Shown: positions 26,119 to 40,309, counted from the stretch's first letter. The stretch is DNA of 64,000 bases from Auanema rhodensis (GCA_964057225.1 OZ059898.1:14322001-14386000), one strand, 5' to 3'. Notes: generated from the letters alone by a model not told the origin. Numbers and translations are program-made.

Positions 26119-28575
26119 TCAATGAAAGAGTTCGGGGCTAGCTGGAGGGCCTTGTCGAGCGGGGTGGCGTTCACGACGAACGACATCTTCATTTTCATCT
26201 GTGGAGGAGTCATCACCATTATTTTCTCCAACACCAACATCACCCCCTTGTAAAGCCAAGTCAGCCTACAGAATTCAGAATTATATAAATTAAATACGCT
26301 TGCGAGAAAATAACGTACCCGAGGAAGAGCTTGATTTTCCGCATTAGGTTCCTTCACCTCGCCAGCATCCAAAAAATCCCAGATGAGAATAGTGTCATCA
26401 TGAGACGAGGAAACAATTTGAAAATCATCGAATTGCAGACGGAAGACTCTTCCGGTATGTTGCTACAATAAAAGAGTTACAATGAATAAAAAAAATAAAT
26501 AATATTCTAAAAAAGCCGAAAATAATAACAAAACTTACAACAAGAGTGCTTAAGCACAAACACCCAGGAAGCGAGCGAGAATCAAGGGCAGCTTCAAGGT
26601 CCCAGACTTTGATTTTTCTGCAAGTTTTGAAAACGTAACAAACTACATATATTAAAATTATAAATACCCGTCATATGCACCAGAAACTATTCTTTTATCG
26701 TCAAATCTAATGCATCTGACTAATTCTTCATGCCCTTCCAAAACTCGTAAACATACGCCAGAATATATGTCCCATAATCTTTAATTTAGAAAAGTTAAGT
26801 AGGTATAGGTTTGAAAACAAGATTACCTAATAGTATTATCACTAGATCCCGAAACGACAAGACGGCCTCGGTACTGTAAGCAAGCAATACCTCTTTTGTG
26901 GCCTGATAAAGTACGGACAAACTCAAGTGAATCAGCAGACCAAACCTAAACAAAAAAATTAAATAAAAACAAATACTAAAACCATACCTTGATAGTTCGA
27001 TCACCAGAAGCACTAACAATGTACCTCTCGTCAAAATCTACAACGTTTACAGCAGCCCGGTGTCCCACCAACACTCTCCTCATGTTTATTTCTCTAGGTG
27101 ATACCATATCCCAAACAGCGATTGATCTATCTTTTGAACTAAAAAGATAGCGTACTCAACATGGAGAAGCACAATAACAAACCAAGTAACCATGACACCA
27201 TCACTGAACCGTAAATGTAACACAGCTTCACAATGATGTATTAAAGTATTTAGACATTCTCCAGTTTGAACATCCCATACTCTTACAGTAGCATCAGAAG
27301 AACCTGAAATTGGCTCATTAACACAGAACATACTGCAATAGACTTACCCGAAATTATCACTCGATTATCATATTGTAAACATAAAACGGAACCCGTGTGA
27401 CCCGATAGGATCCGAGGATTACTTAAATCATGACGATCCCATATCTAATGAAAAATGAATGTATACGAAATATCGTGAGCTGGTCTTACTTTGATTGTAT
27501 TATCACGTAATCCAGATACAATTTTATCATCATCATATTGAAGGCAATATACTCCTATATTATGCAAAATGACTCACATAAACAAAAAATACAAACCTTT
27601 GCTTTGGTCTGATCGGCAATTTATTCGACTGAGAGTATATCTTCCTGTCCTCCAATTTGTTTCTATTTTGGATATATCAGTAATAACTTGTGGATATAAA
27701 TCTCTGAAACAAATATTATTTTTTTTAAATCATTAGTGTATCACCAAACCTATAAAAGTTGTGTTGTAGCATAAACATTTCAAAGGTACCCCTGTATTGC
27801 TCATATTTTTTACCGTGTCTTTCACATATTAACTGCGCAGCAGCTTCACGTCCAATAAGTACAAAATTCTTCCTTTAAAATTAATCTTACACATTTTAAT
27901 AAACATTGAAATGCCAAACCATTTTCTTTTTTCACTCAGACCTCTCCACAAATTGTCACTGCGAACATTACGCTCAATAAGTTTACGCCAGAGCTGGCCA
28001 ACAGCTAGTATATTTCTCCAACTACTACACACAGCTTCACAAGCTGATAAAGATTTCGCATCAAGATTTTGCAAGATCATAACGGCTAATTGGGCTTGAA
28101 AATAAAAGTAAAATTAGGAGCACATGCAAAAATTACTTACATGGTAAATGCGAAATGAAATCTCTCTGTAGCATAGGCCTTATATATCTATCAATATGTC
28201 CAATTTGATAATGACCCATATGTTGTAAAGCTCTCTCCATGAAGTCACGCTGTTCATGTTCATTCCAGCTTTGAAATGTCTAAAAAAGTAAAAATATTAT
28301 ATTAATAACTTTAGATGCAAGAACATACCCCAAGCATTTTTTCATGATTACTCAGATATGCTGGTCCTAAATGTTTCTCCTTATTAATATCTTCGGCTAA
28401 ACTTAAATCTGCTAGTAAATCAGTAGTGGTCGCCGAGGCGTGCTACAATGATATTAATAAATAAAAAACAATGGTAATCAATACTCACTACATCACCGGG
28501 ACCATCCATTTGGATGTCATTATCAAGTTTTGATTCTTTGATTAAATTAGCATCCCCACCAGCCGATTCTTCCAT
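26119..28575 (-). CDS. lin-23: F-box/WD40 SCF substrate receptor, beta-TrCP/Slimb/LIN-23
   Basis: Dimerisation domain ([26 protein letters not shown]), F-box ([20 protein letters not shown]) and 7 WD40 repeats ([25 protein letters not shown]; [12 protein letters not shown]; [11 protein letters not shown]; [12 protein letters not shown]; [31 protein letters not shown]). Ends ...PPASPELFH*. Confidence 0.96.
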
Positions 28576-29009
28576 TCCTCGAAAAAAATAAAGAAAAAAA
28601 ACCTGTAAAATTATTTAAACAAACAGTCATCAACAGTAACGAAAATGATAACGTTTCAAGCAAGAACCAATAAAAAGCATAAATATTAGCATAGAGTAAT
28701 TTTAATAAAGAGCAATATTAAAAATAAAAAAATTTCAATTAAATTTCTTTAACGAACTTATATCACTAGAAAATTAAGCATTTGTTGGAAAGCTATTTGT
28801 ATAAGGAGGTTTACCGTAATTTCGTTCCGCGCGGGACCAGACACTACTTATTTTTCTATTTAAATAGCTTTTTCTTTTATGCAAATGTTCAATACTTATT
28901 GTAATTATGCGAAAATTCTTGAATAAATAACAGCTTTAATTTTATATAAAAATTTCAGGCAGAATTTTTTATATCCGTTGTATCCAGATAGAAACCCAAG
29001 CACTGCTTC

Positions 29010-30242
29010 ATGAAACGAGGACGGGGCAGGGGACGGTATGAATGGATGATGTTATTTTTTATTGTTTTTGTTATTTTTTTTAAGAGTTCGACCAGATAAT
29101 ACTTTTGATAGGAGGCGAAGAACTGGTTTACAAACTTTACAGGTTTTCGAAGAGTTTAGTACTCTTTAAATACATTTTTCTGCAGGGTAGAGCGCCTGAG
29201 CAGCGAAGAACTCGCTCTAGAAAAGATGATGAAGATATTAGTGCTTCAAATACGTAAGTCATAACTCTTTTTCTTATAAAATTTGAATTTGTTATCAACT
29301 CTAATCAATATTAGAGAAACAACTGAAGTGAATTCTGCTAGAAGATCAAATCTTTTCAAAAGCTTTTGTCCTACTCGTACACCATATGCTAGAGCAACAT
29401 TTAGAACTCACACAGCGTTTTCGTTTAAAGTAAGATTATTTAAGGTATTTAATTTGTAAACTTACTCACTTCAGCATTACAAATTTACCAAAGGAGATAT
29501 AATAAGTGTAGTTGATGAACTAGATAATAAACCTTATTTTGCTCAAATACGTGGAATTATTAGTGATCCAACTTTTCAACCATACGCTGCCTTAACATGG
29601 TATGTTTTCTAGTTATTCGCATTTCTACCTTTTGTGTCTTGAGAAATCACCAAGCTAGTCATTTTCTAAATGTTCTGAAAGCGGAACCGACGGTTTCTTT
29701 GAACAATAGAATGATTCACGCTAAATGGCTGGCTTGGCTTTATTCTCTGTAATTTTCAGTTTTCCATGAATTTCAAATATATTCAAATTAAATATTTTCA
29801 TTATTCAAGTATTTGAAGCTAATCTGAATTGTTCAAAGAAAACTATTTTTTTTCGGTAGCAATTTCAGACATCTTGTTTCTAAATTTTTTTATGATAATA
29901 AATATTTCAGGTTAGGACCTAAACGCACATGTGCCGATGCTCATGTATTTCATCCTGAACAATTTGTTCACGCCTTCCCTGATAAAAAGCTTTACCATTT
30001 TAAAGTAAGTTAATGTGCTGTGATCGATGATTATCTATGACTCGTTTCAGCATTTTAATTGGATCTCAACTAGGCCACGCTTGCCTTCATATGTTTGTGA
30101 TATATCTGAAAGAAAAATAATTGCTGATAATATAATAAGAGTTCTTCGAGAACGTTTACTAGAAATCTCAAAATTAGCAGAGGAAGAGCTCAAAACAGTT
30201 CACAGAAGTCCCGTTGACTTTATGCATAAAGAGAAATCCTAA
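29010..30242 (+). CDS. GATAD1: GATAD1-like chromatin protein: C-terminal BAH-like domain, no GATA zinc finger; 7 exons
   Basis: MKRGRGRGR...RRSNLFKSFCPTRTP...AFSFK|HYKFTKGDIISVVDELDNKPYFAQIRGIISDPTFQPYAALTW|LGP...FHPEQFVH matches recalled human GATAD1 (YQIGDVVSVIDEQDGKPYYAQIRGFIQDQYCEKSAALTWLIP). TTTCAG acceptor near 28958 precedes the ATG. Confidence 0.8.
29650..29737 (+). ncRNA. Candidate structured intronic RNA element (88-nt stem-bulge-stem)
   Basis: CCAAGCTAGTCATTT (29650-29664) pairs with AAATGGCTGGCTTGG (29723-29737): 15 bp including two G-U pairs. Inner stems are TCTA/TAGA, TGTTC/GAACA and GGAACC/GGTTTC. Confidence 0.35.
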
Positions 30243-30649
30243 GTTTAATAATATTTCGTTTAATATTAACAACTTTTAAAGTTTCATCCTCCACTTTTTC
30301 CTAAATTTAATTTAATTTCTGATTGTACTATTAATATATTCTTTTTTATCTTTATATTTGTTTTAATTTGTATTAATATTGGATACAACAAACTACATAA
30401 CGTGTAATTAACATTTTCAATAAAGAATGGTGATCATAATAGAGTCTATTCATTAGTTGTTGCTGTCATACTAAAATGAACGCATGTTGAATGAAATGAT
30501 AAGAACTAGAGTCTAGTTCGTGTTTTTTCCATGTGTGCTCTCATTCTCTTCACCTCTCTCTACAATACGCTCTTACAATCTGGTTTTCGATAATCGTCGT
30601 CAAGGCAAAACTATCAATTCTAAGTGTGAGGCCTTTCCATACGGTGACC

Positions 30650-32675
<2,026 letters not shown>

Positions 32676-33094
32676 GAATAAGATGAAAAATTATGGCATA
32701 GATAGAAAAAATAATATCTATAAATAAAGAATGCTCATGGAACAATTAAATTTCACAATTTTTAACAAAGACATCAAACGATCTTTTGTTTCCTAAAGTT
32801 CAAATAAAGTCTAAATAATTGTAACACGTTTCGAAATTTAGAATTTCTGCCTTTGAACGTGAGCTTGAAAACTTCGGGTTCCTATAATATTTTCAGTATT
32901 TTTTGTTTTGATTGCTTTATTTTTGATTGCTTAGTTGTTGGCTTCTTTGTAATGTGTTGTAACTGTGTGTAAAAGCATTATCTATTATCTCTCAAATTTA
33001 TATCTTATGTGAGAAAAAAATAAAATGATGAAATAAGTTAACTAATAATTTAAATGTTAAGACAGAGAACACGTTTTCAATGATATCATGTAGT

Positions 33095-35329
33095 TTAAGC
33101 CTGAGGATATGAGATTTCTTGGTTCTTGCGAGGTATGGAGATCTGTTGTTTTACAGGCTGTTGCGTTTCGGTAGTACTGTCGTGTACAGTTGAAGCTCTT
33201 CCTAAATTTTTTGAATTCACTTATAACAATGAAAGTCACAATTATTACCTGAGGGGTCTTGGTTGGCTTGCCATTTTGGGATCCATCTACGTACAGTTTG
33301 GGCAGCGTTATCACTGGGGAAAAGCTCGTGGAAGATTTCTCTCATGTAGTATGCTTCTTTGCTCACTGGAGTGTTGTGTGGGTATTTTTCAGCGGCGGTA
33401 GCAAACTGAAATTATAGGTTTAAAGAATTAAAAACTTTAACCACAAATATTAACCTGCTCATCGGAGATCTGGTCACTGCAGAAGGACATAAGCTTTTCA
33501 ATCCAGTTGTAGCCTACTCCATCGGAGAACTGTTCCTTTTGTCTCCAAAGGATGCTGGCTGGGAGATATGGATCTTGGTCCAATTCGAAAGCTTTACGGA
33601 GTAGGTACTTTTCAACGTTGCGACCTCCGAATGGTTGGGGTTGTTTAGCTTCAGGCTTTGTTGTCATTGCGGCTTGGAGGAAAGCCTTGTCAAGGAATGG
33701 TACCCGAACTTCAAGGGCATGAGCCATGGTAGATTTGTCAGCACGGAGGCAATCGGCGGTGTGAAGATGTCTTACACGATCAATAGTTTCCTACAAAGAT
33801 TAGGTTGTTTATATGTTTTTCATATCCTTATTTTCATAATTAAAGCTGCAAAATGAACCAACCTTCTGGAAGTCTTCAGCTGTTGGAGCATTGTGGAAAT
33901 AGAGATATCCTCCAAAGATTTCATCAGCACCTTCTCCAGAGAGAACAACCTAGATGAATCAGGATTATACAGTGTTTTGAATGAATATTGTCTTACCTTA
34001 ATTCCTTGTTCGTGAATTTTTTGAGACAAAAAGAACATAGGTGTCGAAGCTCTGATTGTGGTGATGTCATAGGATTCCAAGTGCCAGATGAGGTTTTTGA
34101 TGTTTTTGATGCCGTCCTATAAGGATTGATTTAGATTGCTTCTCAAACTAGTAGTTACCTCAATTCCAAAATAGAACTCGTAGTGTTCAGTTCCAATATG
34201 TTTAGCAACATCGCGGGCAGCTACGACGTCGGGAGAAGTTTCATCGAGTCCGATTGAGAAACTGTGCATGGTTAGTCCCATACGTTTCATTTCTCTGGCG
34301 GCAATAGCACTAAAAGCATTCGAATATATCTGTTATTTTTCCAGAGAGAACAAACCTGACAAGACTGGAGTCTAAACCACCCGATAAGAGTGTTCCTAGT
34401 GGGGCATCAGACATAAGTCTCTTGTGTACAGCCTCAACAAAAGTATCGTGAATAAGTTGTAAAGAAGCATCTTTGGTACAGGCAGAGTAATCGAACCATT
34501 CTGGCTGAAATAATTGATATAAGTAAAACAATAGAAGAAATGTAACACTTACCTCATAGTATCGAACAAAGCCTTCTTCAGGGGTCCAATAATGGCCAGG
34601 TGGGAAAGAGGTTAATTCTCTGGCCCCGCATTCTTTTTCGATACATTTCATTTCGTTACTACAGAATTTTTCAGATTAGTTGAGAGAAAAACAAGCATTA
34701 TTTGATTACCTGAACATGTATCTACCATCTTTATCAATTCCGTAATATAATGGCTTGACTCCAATGGGATCACGAGCAACAATGAATTTTCCGTCGCAGC
34801 ACAAGGCAGCAGCGAAAACTCCATCTAACATGTTGAACATTTTTCCTGACCTATACTTTTCGTAAAGGAAGATGATAACCTAAAGAAGTAAGTTTAAAAA
34901 TATATAAATGTTCCTGAATACGCTTACTTCTGAGTCACAAGTTGTTCTAAAAGTAACATCTTTTAATTCAGTTTCTTTTAATTTCTTAAAGTTGTAAATT
35001 TCTCCGTTGTGGATAACCTGAAGCAACAACTGTTTTTCAATAAAACAACAAATAAGATACCTGACTAGTAGGGACGGTTCCTTGGAGTGGCTGTGCAATA
35101 CCAAGGTCCATAATAGCTAAACGCTCGTGGCAGAGAATATCTCCAGTCTTAGCATCTTGGTATGATCCTGACATATCAGGTCCGCGATGATATTGTAATC
35201 TAGAATGGTACATTAAATATACGGATAAATGAATAAATCTCACTTGGAGAGTTGTTTAGCATGTTCCAAAGAGGCGAATGGTGTTCCTGCAGAGCATCGT
35301 TGTTGGCAGATAGCGAAGATTCCACACAT
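33095..35329 (-). CDS. asns-2: Glutamine-hydrolysing asparagine synthetase (AsnB type)
   Basis: N-terminal nucleophile MCGIFA; HRGPD; HERLAIMD; HNGEIYN; [10 protein letters not shown]; [10 protein letters not shown]; [16 protein letters not shown]; [10 protein letters not shown]; [12 protein letters not shown]; DPSGR. TTTTCAG acceptor just upstream of the ATG. Confidence 0.95.
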
Positions 35330-35897
35330 GATGTATGTGCAACTGAAAAATTCATTTCAAAACGATAATAGGAACATATAACAGTTAGAATGACGCATGA
35401 GATATCATAAGATCGACAAGAGCAATATTAGCGTGAGAACGCTCCGCAGATAGACTACAAGAATCTGGAGACTATAGTAGTTCGACGTTGACAAACAAAC
35501 AACGATCTATTACATCTGACATCAAGGTACAGACGAAACAAATCAAATGATACGACAACACAGTCTGGCCACACAAAGAGCAGCACTGGACAATGAGAAT
35601 GGCCAAACTACTCACAGTTGTTTCAGGACCAAAGAGCTAAATCATTGTAGAAAGGCGGATAATGAAGATAATGAAGCAATTTGCACGAAAAGTCAAGCAA
35701 AGTACATACGAAGTGCAGAGTTTAAAGGATTCATCAACAGATATCCTCATTCCTAGCTTTATGAACGACGAGCAATATAGACAATATAGAATATTAAGGC
35801 ATACAATTCATCGTCGAAGGCATTCAGGTGTCAAGAAATGGTAGAGAGACCAGAAGCGAGCACAACGACAACGATGATGATTGTGGCCTCCCTTCGC

Positions 35898-35934
35898 TTA
35901 TATATACTCGCCCGCCGCGATCATGTTGTGCAAT
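35898..35934 (-). promoter_or_regulatory. Putative asns core promoter: TATA box plus a C/EBP-type bZIP site
   Basis: On the minus strand, GTATATATAA (35907-35898) is preceded by ATTGCACAAC (35934-35925), about 550 nt upstream of the acceptor at about 35343. This fits an outron or a 5'-UTR intron. Confidence 0.5.
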
Positions 35935-37554
35935 CTTAGTGGTAAGATGATGATGAGAATAGACAGTGTGCGGAATGCAGAGAGTGCAGAGAAAATGACG
36001 AAAAGATCGTCAGATAGAGTACACGCAAAGCGGAGGGTTCGAAGTGATATATAACCAAAAGGAATATTTGTTGATATTCTGGATGAGTAATTAAGATCCT
36101 TCGGTATCATCTATGAACATCATCTAACTGATGATTTTTACACTTATCTGATTAGTCGATTGTTTTTTCCGTTTTCGATCTTTTGGATATCTGAGTGGGG
36201 CATATGTATATGAGGATCATTACAGGAATGTGAGACCTCATATGACAATCTTCCTATTGTTTATATGAAAATTCATCAAGTTCAATTTATCAAACATGGC
36301 GATCTAATAGAATAAGAGGCAAGACTGGAAAAATGGGGAAAACCCTATTGTATCTCATACTTTTCTCATTATTTTCCCGTTGTTTCAGTGTCGAGATTAA
36401 CAGTTTTTTGATCAAAAACTATGAAAAACGTGAAATTATTTTCTATTTCTATCAATTTAATCTATTTATAAACTATGTTATTTTATTTAAAATCTAAATA
36501 TTTTTAATTGAATGACGTTTTCCTATCTTTTTCCATTAAATTACGTGTATTTTGAAAAAAATTATAATGTCCTTTGAAAAAAGTTTGTAATGTTTAATTT
36601 CTAAAAAACAATATTTCAAAGATTGATTAGAAGGTAAAAAAACTGGTTGAAACATAGACATTTGCACGTTTTTCACGTTATTCACGTTGATCACGTGAAC
36701 ATAGTATAGATATTAGCATAGAGGGATCAGTGTTCAAACAATGCTTTCGGATGAGTTTAGACTAACGTGTCTGCTGCTGCTGTTTATTTGATCATTTGAA
36801 CTATGATCAGGAGGATATTCATAAAACTAAATGATTTATATCTTTACATATAACACCTAACAATATATATTATCTAAATTTATTTTAAATTTTTGTTTCT
36901 AAAAAAAACATTTTTATATTGTAAATTAATTTTGCATTGATAACTAGTATACTAACATTCTATTGCTTTTGCTATAACAATGTCAACGTGTAATTTTCTT
37001 TCAAAACAACAAAACAAAAACAATGAGAAGAGTGGTGGAGGGGGGGGGGAAGCGAGAAATATAGTAAAAACTGCAACCAACGCTCCTTCTCGTTCTTTTC
37101 TCCTTATACATTTCACGTGAAAGACACACGACATATCGTTGTTATATATCAGTTAAGACTCAATAACTATTCTATTTTACGTTTAGAATGTGGGTTAAAC
37201 CATAGTGAAATAGTTTTTTTTTTCTTCAAATACTTCCTGTCCTTAATGTTCGTCGAAACAAAAATGTTTGAGTTTGCGTGCACGTGAAATAATCTTTCGA
37301 TGAGCATTGAAGTTAATTCAATGAAATATTATATGATATAGTATAAAGTCCAATAAGTACCTGTTACCAATAGATTGATGTCTATTCTTTGAACTTGAAT
37401 GCTCGGTTAGTATTTGATATAACGGAAAACAAAAATTTAAAAGTTCATTTCAAACGATAGTATTAAAGAAGTAGGAAATATTTTTACAAACAGGATCGTC
37501 CCTTATGATCATTGAACGGCTTTAATTTGCACAAACTGAATGAAAGAACATCCA

Positions 37555-39859
37555 TTACTTGCGAGTATAGATTTCTGGTGCTGAAATACATTTTATTTAG
37601 TTTTTATATATTTTATTTAAAAAAAAAAACAAATTGATGTCTAATATAAGAATTGTATTAACCTTTTTCTGATGATCTTGACCAGGAAGCCTTGCTATAG
37701 TCATCAATATCGTGATATCTGTAAAAACAATGCAATGTGCATAAGTTCAAACAAATCAGATTCCAACCTATCTCGTAAAACAGCTTCCAATTCTTTTTGA
37801 TGTTCTTTTCCACGAGTTTCAGCAATTACTTTGCATTTAACAGAGTAAACATCTTGTCTTAAGAAAGCTCTTTCCTAAAACCGTGAAAATCAATTAACAA
37901 TTGCTTCGTTTGCAGAAGAAATTCTATTATTCTTATCAATTCGTTTCAAATTTTTGGATTAGTTCTTACCAAGAACATATCTTTTAGTGAAGCTCCTGTG
38001 TCTGAAATGATCTGTGCTAGCTCAGCTACTCCACCTGGTCTATCTGATACTACCACACTAAACCGGACCAAGCGATGATCAAAGGCCATTCCTAACATAT
38101 TTTATTTAACAATTCGATATTTTCTTTTGTAATACCTCGTTCAATACATCTTCCCAAAGCTGTAGAATCAATGTTTCCACCAGTAAGTACACTTACAACC
38201 TTTTTTCCTTTCAAATCATCAAGCTGACCAGACAATAATGCTGCAACTCCAATAGCGCCAGCTCCTTCACACACAACCTAAGACAACAATTGTTAAAACT
38301 TGAAACTGGCCTCCACAAGGAACTTTATTTTGAAATAAAATGTTCAGATAGTACCTTTTCACATTCAATAAGACGAAGAATAGCAACAGCAATATCACGT
38401 TCACGTACAGTGACAAGTCTATCGATGCGATCTAGAATTTTATGATAAAAAAGGCTTAAAAGTAGTAAGCAACATACTTTTCGTGGTATGGAAAGCGTTA
38501 ACTCCTACTAGTGGAACAGCAAGACCATCAGCTAATGTTGGCTTACATTTAGTGAACTGAGGAGAACCTTGCTTGATAGAATTCTGAACATAAACCATTT
38601 ATAAAATAAAAAAATTGGCATACAAATTACCAATAAAGATGGACATGTCTCTGGGTTAACACCGATAATCTCAATATTTGGTAGAAGAGATTTGACGGCT
38701 ACTGATACACCAGCAATAAGTCCACATCCTCCAGTTGGAACTAGAATAGCATCAACGTCTTTAACCTGTAAACATCATCATATTCAACCAGATATTTTTC
38801 TGCCGAACTTGATCTAAGATTTCCAAGCCGATAGTACCAGCTCCAGCCAAGATATCAATGTGATCATATCCATTAATATATTTTCCTCCTTCCTTATTAG
38901 CCATGTCAATGGCGATTTTTCGTGAGACGCTAATATCTTTACCCTAAATATATGATATAATTAAGATTTAGAATTAAAATAATACGAAAATGAAGTAATT
39001 TACCTCTACATGAACATTTGATCCTAATTCGCGACATTTTGTGATTTTCATGATTGGTGCATGTCGAGGCATAACCACATTAACGGGAACTCCTATAACT
39101 CAGTAGTATTTCATGTAAAATTTCATTTTTTTTGTTTCTTTTATTATTGAAACTTCATACCTAATTGCTTTCCATGTAAAGAGAGAGCTAAAGCATGATT
39201 TCCGGCCGAAGCAGCAAACACCTAAAATGAAATAGAAACTTGAGGGACATTCAATTAATCTTAGAATGCGAATAAAGCAAATTGAATAGAAAACATACTC
39301 CTCTGGCCTTCTCTTCTTCCGTCAAGTTCAATAAGGCCCAACGAGCTCCTCTCTCTTTGAAGCTACCCGTATCCTAACATATTTTATTGAACTGTGTTTT
39401 TGAAAAACCGTGAAAACCAACTTGATTTACTTCCATTTTTAAAAATACATCCATTCCTGTTAAACTAGAAAGATGACGTGACTTACGACAATCAGTTCTA
39501 ATAATTCCATCCTAAATTGTCTTCGTGTGAATTCAAATATTGAAGAAATTTAAATGTTTTACCTTTATACGATGATGAGCCATAGAAATTTGTGTATAAT
39601 TAAGTTCAAGAGGGTCATTGGGATCACAGTATGGATCATCAACTTCCTAAATTTATTTAAATTGTATCTTCTTTTTATTAAAAATGCTTAAACGAACCTG
39701 AGTAGTTGGTTTTGGACTAGCATTGGATACGGAGCAAAAATTATTGATACGACATGCTGAAGCAAATGATCAGATTGATCTTATCTGAATGGATAAGTAG
39801 TAAAAGTGAAGCTCACCTAGTACGTTATGTTTTCTAATAATTCGAGCTATTTGGTTCAT
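37555..39859 (-). CDS. PLP-dependent serine/threonine dehydratase (deaminase) with a C-terminal ACT domain
   Basis: KMEVNQ|[10 protein letters not shown] (PLP-binding lysine); [11 protein letters not shown]; [20 protein letters not shown]; [11 protein letters not shown]; TLADGLAVP; [11 protein letters not shown]; LTGGNID; ACT domain [17 protein letters not shown]. First exon [14 protein letters not shown] joins in frame. Confidence 0.92.
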
Positions 39860-40233
39860 ATTGAAAACGCTTATGAATCTTTGAAATTTTCTAAATTAAA
39901 ATACCATAAAGCCAACGAAAAACAAACAAAAACGAAGATAAGTAAAAGTCAAAAAATAGGCACACTCAATAAAATATTGAAGATATACGTTTTAGAAATG
40001 GAAGAAACATCTGAGAAGTCATTCTTCCGAAAGAGTATAGAGAGATTGAAAACCAAGGAGAAAGAAAGAGAACATGAAGATAGAAAAGTGTACTGATACA
40101 TAGCATGAGCACTGCGAGAAATTGAGTTTAGAGGGAAAAATCGATTTCATGTTGCTTAGAAGCACTTCTGAATGGAGAAAAAGAGATGAAAATGAAAAAA
40201 AGAAAAAAGGGAGGAAGAGAAAGAGGGAGAGGG

Positions 40234-40236
<3 letters not shown>

Positions 40237-40309
<73 letters not shown>
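40237..40309. repeat. (GA)n microsatellite
   Basis: About 36 AG units with one interruption. Confidence 0.95.
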
